Assembly (NCBI RefSeq): GCF_001194135.2
Contig: NC_068981.1
Span: 128,695,573 to 128,759,572 of the forward strand
Length of the DNA stretch: 64,000 nt
Reading direction: 5' to 3'
Source of the DNA: Octopus bimaculoides
Taxonomy: Eukaryota
The notes below the pieces were generated by a model. The model made no database searches. It was not told where the DNA came from and saw only the letters and a program-made list of their open reading frames with translations. Below, piece after piece: positions 53,681 through 64,000 of the stretch. The number at the start of each line of letters is the position of its first letter. Position 1 is the first letter of the stretch. The position numbers and the translations under genes were made by a program.

Positions 53681-53899
53681 CCTACACTTTTCTCTGCAAA
53701 ATAGGGGTAGTTTATCCTGTTCAGGCTATATTATTAGCATTATTCTGCGATTGAGAATTTAAAATCACTTCTTTAACTTTGTAAGACATCTCAACGCTTC
53801 TAAAAGCAAATTTCATTTGTTTGTTTACGTTTGTTGTAATTTGAATTTAGCAAAGGTTATTATTATTTTACAGGTTTTCAATCTACATAATAATAATAA

Positions 53900-54960
53900 T
53901 GAAATTATTGTGTATAGTGCTCAGGTGCAATACAATTTATCAAGGGTTCATGTATAGTACATAGAATTATGTACAAATGTCAGGAAAGTGAAGTATATGA
54001 GTCATGATATACATGTGTGCATGTATATGGAGGTGGTGATATCAGGTGTAGTGTTGGCGAATTTCAGGAAGCATAGAGGTTTTAAAGGATGCATTGTCTC
54101 AGCAGCCAACAACTGATGCAGGTAGTTGTGAATAAATGTTTCCAAAAGTCATAGGGGCTGTGCTGTTTTCTGACTTTGTAGGCATGCTCATGTGTGTTAG
54201 ACACATGGAATTCAAAAAGGTGCTCAAGGTTGTTGTTGGCACGATGGTTAATAATTTTGTGGGTCTTTACTAAGTCAGTTGCCAGACATCAGAGCTTCAA
54301 TGTATCGAAGCCCAGCAAAGCAAGGTATTCAGAGTGTGGTAGATGCCTGGTGGAGGGTATTCATTTGGTTGCACATCTCTGAACAGTTTCCAGGAGAACA
54401 ATGTTCTGAGCAAGATAAGGGTTCCAGACTGGTGATGCAAATTACAAGTGTGACCACACCATAACCATATACAGCCTTAAATAGATAGCTGGAGAGCAGC
54501 TGACTAAGGTCTTGCTGAGCGATGCCAATATACCCTCAGCCTTTTTGGCAATTTTAGAGATGTGCTTTGTCCAACGCAACTCGCTGATGACAGCAATGCC
54601 CAGGTCATGTTGTGGAGGGAGTACGTGGATGCTGGGTTTTTCCTCCCAAAATGTATGGTGGTACACTTGTCCACAGCCAGCTTGAGTTGCCAGTCCATGA
54701 TTCATTGCTGCATTATATCCAGATCCAATTGCAGGAAAGATCTATAGTGTTCAGGATCTTTTTATCTCAAGGTACAGCTTGATATCATCTGCATATTTCA
54801 GTATTGAGGCATTCTTTAAGTTGGCATCTATGTTATTAATGTACAAACAAAAGGGGACCAAGAACAGATCCCTGCGGTATACCAGATAACATCTCATAGA
54901 GTGAAGAATGCTGTCTTAGAACTGTGACTACTTCTTTTTTTGCCTACCATCCCTGCAAGG
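53900..54960 (-). mobile_element. CR1/L2-group LINE 3' RT fragment
   Basis: Minus strand SGIPQGSVLGPLLFVLYINN...KYADDIKL (54770-54890), DWQLKLAVDKC, LRWTKHISKIAKKA. Confidence 0.88.
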
Positions 54961-55527
54961 GTCATTAAATATATTGTTATGCACTGTGGTCTATTCAAGC
55001 ACATACATCTTGTGCTAGAAGACAAAAAAAAAACGGGGAGCAGCATTTCTTTTTAAAATACAGCATTGAAAACATGAGTATATTCTACTTTTAACTTTTT
55101 TATTGGAGTTTTTTTATATTTTCATATGAATTCTTTGGTTCATTTGTTAAGTTCTAGTTCACAGCCAACTACAACAATCACTAACTAATGTCTGTAACTA
55201 CATTTAGTTGTTAGTCACACCATGAAGTCTTCTGATGGACAGTAAAAATTGTTTGAAGTGTACATTGATATTAATAATAATAATAAAGAGTATGGAAACT
55301 TGTACATTCACAAAATTTATTTTATAGTTGTATACAGCATATTATAATGGCCTATAAGTTTCCTCTGCACCGATAATATTGCAAAATTGCATTTGCAACA
55401 GTGAGTAATTGTTGCAGTGGAAACACATGTAGGTCATTATAATATGCCGTACATAACTATAAAGTAAATTTTGTGGATGTACAAGTCTTCATACACTTTA
55501 TTATTATTGGTGTATATATATATATAT

Positions 55528-56040
55528 ATCATCATCATCATCATCATCATCGTTTAACGTCCGCTTTCCATGCTAGCATGGGTTGGACGATTTGACTGAG
55601 GACTGGTGAAACCGGATGGCAACACCAGGCTCCAGTCTGATTTGGCAGAGTTTCTACAGCTGGATGCCCTTCCTAACGCCAACCACTCAGAGAGTGTAGT
55701 GGGTGCTTTTACGTGTCACCCGCACGAAAACGGCCACGCTCGAAATGGTGTCTTTTATGTGCCACCCGCACAAGCCAGTCCAGGGGCACTGGCAACGATC
55801 TCGCTCGAAAATCCTACAGGAGCCAGTCAGGCGGTACTATATATATATATATATATATTTCTATATATATATATATCATCAGTATCATCATCATTATTTA
55901 ACGTCTATCTTCCATGCATGCATGGGTAGGATGGTTGACAGGAGCCGGCTAGGTAGAAAAACTATCCTAGGCTACTGTATCTGTTTTGGCAGGGATTTTA
56001 CGTCTGGATGCCTTTCCCAACACCAACCACTACAAAACTT
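55528..56040 (+). mobile_element. Two tandem SINE family C copies (second diverged)
   Basis: 55528-55836 near-consensus; 55866-56040 older copy. Explains the ORFs at 55606-56182. Confidence 0.8.
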
Positions 56041-58984
56041 AACTTCTACTAAATGTGTTGAGTGTCCTTTTATTTCAATTGCCCACTCATATATATATAT
56101 ACATATATATATATATGTATGTATGTATGTATATATGTACACACACACACATGATGGGTTGCTTTCAGTTTCTATCAACTAAATCCACTCACAAGGCTTT
56201 GAGGATACAGTAGGAGATACTTGCTCAAGATGCTGTGCCTGCTCTTCACAACCATACCTTCTCCTCACCACTATAATCAGGCTCTATCTCTGAACACATG
56301 CTAGTAATATATATATTTTCAAAGAATATTTTAAAAATTAACATATAAAATATATAATCATCCTCATCATCAATTCTATGTCTACTTTCTTTGTTTGCTG
56401 GGTTGGACAAGCTTCCACAATCCCAGTCACTTCCCATTGGGAGCTACTGCTCAGTATTTATTACTGGATGACTTTCCTAATACCAGCCACTTTACAGTGT
56501 ACAGGGTGCATTTTATTCATGGCACCAACATTAGAGAAGTTGAATAGTCTTCAATAAGAGAGGACAAGAGGAACCTCATAACCCAACACTTTCTCAGGTC
56601 ATTTAGCCAACCATTTTACAGTGGGAACAGTAGGTCGGTGGCAGGTACACATTTAATGTAAATTTATAGATTTCTCAATAACCTAAAGTGTTTATACCAA
56701 GGTGGGGAAGGAGAGGGAACACGACAACAGAAACACTAGAAAGATACACACACACATACACATGTATGTGTGTGTGTGTGTGTGCCTGTATAGTGTGTGT
56801 GTATATATATAACAATTACAACATTACAACCATTATGATATATACCCAAATTTGCTATATGTTCTTTGATGTGTTTTTGTCTAAATAGCTGAGCATTACC
56901 ACTGCTTCAGAGTTTTGTGGTTATTGTAAGAAAATATAAATTTATAACTTGTGCCAATCAATATGGGAAATAAATATTACTATGAAATATAATTTCAAGC
57001 TTGTGACAGAACAAACGTCTACTTAAAAAAAAAGAAAAATTGAACCATTCCAGTTTCTGTACAACACTTATTGAAATGGAACTGCACTGTATCAGACATT
57101 ATTGCATAACACTGCACTATACCTCACACAAATGCAAACACACTGTGATATTTCAAGGCTATCATTCTTCAATGTTTGATCTATAACTATGACATTGGAT
57201 TGGTGGAAATGTTATGCCGTATTTAGTTATGTCCCTTTATGTTTCATGTTGAAGTCCTGTTAGCATTGACTTTGACTTTCATCCTCACTGTTGTGTGAGC
57301 AAATGTGGAACGAATTCATCAGATCTAATCCTTACTTGTAAATGCGAGGCCTTATGTGAAGTCAATATTAGGTTATAAAATTAAGGCAAGAATCAAACTG
57401 AAGACTCCTGGATTGAATTGCCAACACTGAGATATCTCACTGATGCAGGAGCAACTATATAGTTCCTCTCGCTTGACTTGCATTGTGTCTTTAAAAGTAG
57501 GAAAGACACATTATGTGTTAAAAAAAACAAAGTAGTCATAGCTGGAATTGTTCTGAGATTGACCTGGGACTCTAAAAAACTATCAATACCATTCATGCAA
57601 TTTGTATCAGCTTAATCAATGAATGATAACTGATAGATTTTTATCAAGAAAACAGATTGCTGTAACAGTTGTGCTTATAGGAAAATGATGTCTACATCAA
57701 TTACTAAATAATTAAAAAAAGAATACTTTGTGTCTTACCTGAAAGACAAAATTAGTATTGGTTTCTAACTTTGGCATAAGGCCAGTAACTTCAAGGTAGG
57801 GGCATAGTTGGATACATCAACCCCAATGCTCAACTAGTATTTATTCTATCGATCCTGAAAAGATGAGAGGCAAAGTCCACCTCAGCAGAATTTGAACTTA
57901 GAACATGCAGGTGGATGAAATACCACTAGGCATTTTGCCCAGAGTCCTAGCAATTCTGCCAGCTCACTGTACCAAAGACAAAATTAATATCAAATGACAC
58001 TATTTTCGAGAAATTTATAAAGAAATGATTTTTTACATTAGGACTTACTTCATCATATATAGATCTTAGGAGAACAGAAGTCGAATTCAACCCCCAGCAG
58101 GACTGTAAAAGGGCTGTATATAAAGAATGTAAAGTGGGTGCAACTAATTACTACAAAGCTTTTAAGGTACTGTAACATATCAACTATCCACTGCCTTCTA
58201 AAAATTTATGACATGTTAATGATTGTATTTCCCTTATTAATGTTATGATTCTTCAAATACTCAATGAGAATTTACTAAGATATAGTTTTTCTTTCCCGCT
58301 GATTTTTTTTTTTTTTTTTTACTAGACTCAAGGCTTCATACCATAGGAAAAGGAAAGAAGGTGGATTAAAGTCAATGCATTTCTCAATTACATCATTGTA
58401 ATGTAAATGAATAAAAATAGGTACAAGTGAGAATTGTAATAGGCTCACTGATTCAGCTTGTTTGCCTCAACTCTATATCTTACAAGTTAATGAGATGATA
58501 CTTGGAGTTGTAACTAGAACCTTGATATATATACTCTTTTTTAAAAAATAACTGAACATCTGATGAGATTTGGAACCACAGATTCTTGAGTTGAGTAGCT
58601 GACCATTAGAAAACGTATGTCAGCAGGATTCATAGACCTATTGCATTCCTTCCTTGTGTTGAGTGGGTGAAAAACTAGTAACAACCTGGATAGGTTGCTA
58701 GTAAGTAGCTTCACAGAAAAATTAATGAGCACCTATTCTCTACAGTTACCTAAACTTAATATAGAAACTGAATCAATAAATATAAACATCAAGAATAAAT
58801 TTGAATTCCCGAATCTTAAGCTGACTTCCCAACCCTTTCATTTTAATGTTTTTTAAATAAAAAAGGATTTTGTAAATAAATTGTTTCTAATAAAGCTGTC
58901 GTGGAGGTAGAATTAAGTGTGGTAAGGTACGTCTGTGTGATGTATGGGACATGAACTTAAGAGGTGAACTAAGAAATCTGATAC

Positions 58985-59276
58985 CTTCACAGTTGGCTAG
59001 GTTGACGTCCGCTCCCTTTGACAACAACTCTCTCATGATGTCAGTTCGCCCCAGAATAGCGCACAACTCCAGGGGTGATTTACCCGTAGCATTGCGTTCG
59101 TTCAATAACGGAGGCACTAACAATTCATTTTCTTCATCGTTTAACGTATCGACCAGAAGTTTAACGCTATTATGTAGAATACAATGGGTGATAGGAGTTT
59201 CGTCTGGGCTAACATTGATTTCTGAAGAACTGACTTCTTCTGTCACTTCCACATCTTCAGATATTTTCCTCATCAT
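58985..59276 (-). CDS. ANKRD45: ANKRD45-like ankyrin repeat protein, exon 1
   Basis: ORF track MMRKISED...GKSPLELCAILGRTDIMRELLSKGADVNLANCE, donor G|gtatca at 58985/58984; 292 nt, phase 1; contains an ankyrin repeat. Confidence 0.85.
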
Positions 59277-59393
59277 TGATGCGCTAAATCTTCTTGACTT
59301 TGTTGTTTGAGGAATGAGATGAACAAGAAAATAATTTAGAAAAAGTACTCATTGGACAAAGTTTCCGACTGTTGTGACGCCATATTGTTAGTC

Positions 59394-59407
59394 GTTGTTA
59401 TAGCTAC
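59394..59407 (-). promoter_or_regulatory. RFX X-box upstream of the ANKRD45-like gene
   Basis: Minus strand GTAGCTATAACAAC matches the GTHNYYATRRNAAC consensus exactly, about 120-130 bp upstream of the ATG; YY1-like AATATGGCG nearby (59379-59387). Confidence 0.6.
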
Positions 59408-59806
59408 CACCGGCTGACTACTTTGAAATTATCGCTGCAAGTTTGTCTAACACTTTATCTCTAGCTTCCCTATCTCAAGCTCAAACACAAAACCTGTGAA
59501 TAAACAGTTATCGAATTTACTCCGCCTGAGAACTTCATTCTTCGTATTTCCAGCTCCTTGAATCAACAGAATAATTATAATGGAAAAAGAAGATACCCCA
59601 AAAGTATCATAATAACCTTCCTTCCGTTAATAAGTGCATGTGTGTGAGTGTATGTGAAAAGGGGGGCGTCTGTCTCAAAACTTCAAAGTTGAGTAACGTT
59701 TTTATGCTTGGATTTGTAAACTACGATAAGAATAACACTGGTCATCAAAGAATTTGTCCAAAGAAAAAGAATACCTGTATCTTGTATGTTTTTACGAAAT
59801 GTTCTT

Positions 59807-60160
59807 TTTTTTTGTTGGCACTCCGTCGCTTACGACGTCGAGGGTTCCAGTTGATCCGATCAACGGAACAGCCTGTCGTGAAATTAACATGCAAGTGGCT
59901 GAGCACTCCACAGACACGTGTACCCTTAACGTAGTTCTCGGGGGAGATTCAGCGTGACACAGAATGTGTCAAAGCTGGCCCTTCAAATTACAGGCACAAA
60001 AGAAACAGGAAGTGAGAGTGAGAGAAAGTTGTGGTGAAAGAGTACAGCAGGGTTCGCCACCGTCCCCTGCCGCAGCTCAATAAACACTCACAACGCCCGG
60101 TCTGGGAATCGAAACCGCGAGTCCGCTGCCCTAACCACTGGGCCATTGCGCCTCCACTAT
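59807..60160 (-). mobile_element. SINE family D with 11-bp TSD upstream of the ANKRD45-like gene
   Basis: TSD GAAATGTTCTT at 59796-59806 and 60161-60171. Confidence 0.9.
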
Positions 60161-60504
60161 GAAATGTTCTTAATTAGCAACGTACTTTTTATTATTAATG
60201 CTGAATTACTGATTATATTTACACTAATTAATGTTGGGAGAAATCACCTTAATTTGCAATAAAAATACTTTTAAAAAATGAAAGTAATAAGAAATAGTGT
60301 AAGAAAACCAAATGTTGAAGAAGTCAATATTATGTTGGAAGAAATACACACACACACATTCGTTTCCAAACTTAATTTCTCGGTAGGTGGGAAAAAAATT
60401 GTTTTGGATCGAAGAAGGAAAAAGTGGAGAGGAGAGGTCACTCTTGGGTTTGTTTGATTTTCACACACGCACGATAAAGAAAACTATATTATAACAACTT
60501 ATAA

Positions 60505-60537
<33 letters not shown>

Positions 60538-61504
60538 NNNNNNNNNNNNNNNNNNNNNNNNNNNNNNNNNNNNNNNNNNNNNNNNNNNNNNNNNNNNNNN
60601 NNNNNNNNNNNNNNNNNNNNNNNNNNNNNNNNNNNNNNNNNNNNNNNNNNNNNNNNNNNNNNNNNNNNNNNNNNNNNNNNNNNNNNNNNNNNNNNNNNNN
60701 NNNNNNNNNNNNNNNNNNNNNNNNNNNNNNNNNNNNNNNNNNNNNNNNNNNNNNNNNNNNNNNNNNNNNNNNNNNNNNNNNNNNNNNNNNNNNNNNNNNN
60801 NNNNNNNNNNNNNNNNNNNNNNNNNNNNNNNNNNNNNNNNNNNNNNNNNNNNNNNNNNNNNNNNNNNNNNNNNNNNNNNNNNNNNNNNNNNNNNNNNNNN
60901 NNNNNNNNNNNNNNNNNNNNNNNNNNNNNNNNNNNNNNNNNNNNNNNNNNNNNNNNNNNNNNNNNNNNNNNNNNNNNNNNNNNNNNNNNNNNNNNNNNNN
61001 NNNNNNNNNNNNNNNNNNNNNNNNNNNNNNNNNNNNNNNNNNNNNNNNNNNNNNNNNNNNNNNNNNNNNNNNNNNNNNNNNNNNNNNNNNNNNNNNNNNN
61101 NNNNNNNNNNNNNNNNNNNNNNNNNNNNNNNNNNNNNNNNNNNNNNNNNNNNNNNNNNNNNNNNNNNNNNNNNNNNNNNNNNNNNNNNNNNNNNNNNNNN
61201 NNNNNNNNNNNNNNNNNNNNNNNNNNNNNNNNNNNNNNNNNNNNNNNNNNNNNNNNNNNNNNNNNNNNNNNNNNNNNNNNNNNNNNNNNNNNNNNNNNNN
61301 NNNNNNNNNNNNNNNNNNNNNNNNNNNNNNNNNNNNNNNNNNNNNNNNNNNNNNNNNNNNNNNNNNNNNNNNNNNNNNNNNNNNNNNNNNNNNNNNNNNN
61401 NNNNNNNNNNNNNNNNNNNNNNNNNNNNNNNNNNNNNNNNNNNNNNNNNNNNNNNNNNNNNNNNNNNNNNNNNNNNNNNNNNNNNNNNNNNNNNNNNNNN
61501 NNNN
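60538..61504. other. Assembly gap
   Basis: Ns preceded by (TA)n. Confidence 1.
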
Positions 61505-62550
61505 TTTACATAAAAACCAAACTAGTTTCAACAATATTTTTTGCTCATCAATGGTAAAAGTTTAAAATTATGAATTAGAAAAACATCTTTAAAAGTTTCA
61601 ATGTTGACAAATTAACATGTTCAAAACAGATAAATTTAGCATTATGAATTAGGAGGACAGGTGCAAGTTTGAATGTTCATAGCAGTCAATAATATAAATT
61701 ATATATCAATTTGTATGAATGTACAAAGTTCATTAATGTTAGCAGTGATCGACAAGTCATACTGAGTTAAGAGGAAAAAAACAAGGGAGAAATGAAAATA
61801 GTAAAAAAAAAGGAATTTGGTTACAGTTTCTCTGATCCTCTTTCCGTAGACACTTTCGCTTGTAGTGTATGTTTTGGGATCAGATGTATTTATTATTTTT
61901 TCCGCAAGCGGATCTGATTTTTGATTCGTTAAAATACTGGTGACGTTTTTTGGTGGTCAAGCTTGTCATTCTGCTTGGTTAACTTCTCTGTGGAGGCGGT
62001 CATCAGTCATTGTGGTTGGTTGGTTGGTTCTCATAAAGGGTCATTTCGTTATATTTGCTGAAGTTCAGTTTTGATTGGTCTGGAGTTAGGTAACGTCAGC
62101 AACTGGTATTTGTAAAATTCCATTGGACTAGAGGTAGGGGACATCAGCAACTGGTGTTTGTATGGTGATTTGGAGTTACGGTTTCAGAACCCGGGTGGAA
62201 GATTGTAACTAAAGACTTGAGCTCATTTTTCCCTTTATGCCTACGTATGGTGAATTGCTTTTAGTAAGAGTATTATGCAAAAGTAATGCTCATAAGTTCT
62301 TGATAGCTGCAGAGTTTTCATTCGAGAACTATGCTATTCAAGCTTTCTATTTGAACTTTGCCCAAGAGTGACATTAAAAGAACCAGTCCGTTTGCTTTGA
62401 GGAGATCCAAATTGAATTTTTTTACAAAAAAAAAAATGATTTCATAAAATGGTTATAAAGAGCAAAGAGCTTACAGCTACTTTCTATGCTCTATGTTATA
62501 TATTTTAATAATTACTGGTATTTTTGTATTTTATATATTATATATGTAAA

Positions 62551-63236
62551 NNNNNNNNNNNNNNNNNNNNNNNNNNNNNNNNNNNNNNNNNNNNNNNNNN
62601 NNNNNNNNNNNNNNNNNNNNNNNNNNNNNNNNNNNNNNNNNNNNNNNNNNNNNNNNNNNNNNNNNNNNNNNNNNNNNNNNNNNNNNNNNNNNNNNNNNNN
62701 NNNNNNNNNNNNNNNNNNNNNNNNNNNNNNNNNNNNNNNNNNNNNNNNNNNNNNNNNNNNNNNNNNNNNNNNNNNNNNNNNNNNNNNNNNNNNNNNNNNN
62801 NNNNNNNNNNNNNNNNNNNNNNNNNNNNNNNNNNNNNNNNNNNNNNNNNNNNNNNNNNNNNNNNNNNNNNNNNNNNNNNNNNNNNNNNNNNNNNNNNNNN
62901 NNNNNNNNNNNNNNNNNNNNNNNNNNNNNNNNNNNNNNNNNNNNNNNNNNNNNNNNNNNNNNNNNNNNNNNNNNNNNNNNNNNNNNNNNNNNNNNNNNNN
63001 NNNNNNNNNNNNNNNNNNNNNNNNNNNNNNNNNNNNNNNNNNNNNNNNNNNNNNNNNNNNNNNNNNNNNNNNNNNNNNNNNNNNNNNNNNNNNNNNNNNN
63101 NNNNNNNNNNNNNNNNNNNNNNNNNNNNNNNNNNNNNNNNNNNNNNNNNNNNNNNNNNNNNNNNNNNNNNNNNNNNNNNNNNNNNNNNNNNNNNNNNNNN
63201 NNNNNNNNNNNNNNNNNNNNNNNNNNNNNNNNNNNN
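62551..63236. other. Assembly gap
   Basis: Ns followed by (TA)n. Confidence 1.
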
Positions 63237-63278
<42 letters not shown>

Positions 63279-64000
63279 TTAGGCATTGTGAGACTAATAG
63301 CCTGGTGTAGAAGTCAATATACATGTTTTAGAACAAAGTGTTAGACAAGTTTAGAGCTGTAATAATAAAAATGATGACACTGGGAAAACATAACACCACC
63401 ATGGTGTCACCTCTTTTCCTTTTGTGTATGTGTATTTGTGTGCATGTGCATGTGTGTGTGTGTGTGCATACATGCATGTGTGCGTGCATACATGCATGTG
63501 TGTGTGTGTGTGCATGAATGCGTCTCTCTAACTGCAATTCTTCCTTGAAAGCACTAATCCTTCTCACTGCCTGGAACCATTTCATCTGATATTACACCAT
63601 TATACATCTTTTACTCTCCCCATACATTATGCTTGCTTTCTTAAAAGGCATCAAACTGTAAGTTTTGGTCCAGTTCATGTCAGCATGGAAAAACAAACAC
63701 AGAACAAACAAACATGGATATACTAAATGTAATGAAATATATTTGTTTAAAAATCATTAGTAGTCTTCTTGTGAAATGCTAGTTAAGTATATACATTGCG
63801 AGCTCTTGCCTATACAGTGTAAGTATTACACTAAGTCGTGTTTGAGTCATTTTCCATGATGCTTACTGAAAAAGTATCTCATGCCTACATAAAAAAATGC
63901 TTTTTTGGTTCACAACTATGTAGTCTAATTTGAATTAATGATAACAACTGCTAAGATAATGAACAAACAGCGTTAAATGTCCACAGTGAGTGTGTGGGAG

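Noticed and set aside
60512-63324. 250-340 aa ORFs
   Set aside because: Artefacts of N-gaps and (TA)n tracts.

Overview
AT-rich, repeat-dense animal genomic DNA with four N-gaps. The SINE families, microsatellites and gene structures suggest an octopus, probably Octopus bimaculoides; this is inferred, not verified by search. Two complete, convergently oriented spliced genes were reconstructed by hand. (1) Mitochondrial dihydrolipoamide dehydrogenase (DLD, E3): + strand, 14 coding exons, 15219-40995, 1524 nt / 507 aa, all introns GT-AG with consistent phases. (2) An ANKRD45-like ankyrin-repeat gene: - strand, 4 coding exons, 59276-47552, 693 nt / 230 aa, with an RFX X-box upstream. A motif-dense orphan promoter at about 8080-8460 runs into an assembly gap that may hide a third gene, and twin acceptor-plus-exon-like units at 3381 and 3590 may belong to an upstream gene. 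The rest is transposon-derived: several tRNA-derived SINE families, two Penelope-like elements, mariner copies, a decayed Ty3/Gypsy element, RTE and CR1-type LINE fragments, and piggyBac- and hAT-type MITEs. The most unusual signals are a Penelope 3' repeat coupling a tRNA-like Pol III module to a minimal hammerhead ribozyme (3 ribozyme copies), a fold-back element containing a tRNA-like cloverleaf, and a duplicated decoy splice acceptor in DLD. No database searches were run; family names come from recalled motifs and many repeat boundaries are approximate.
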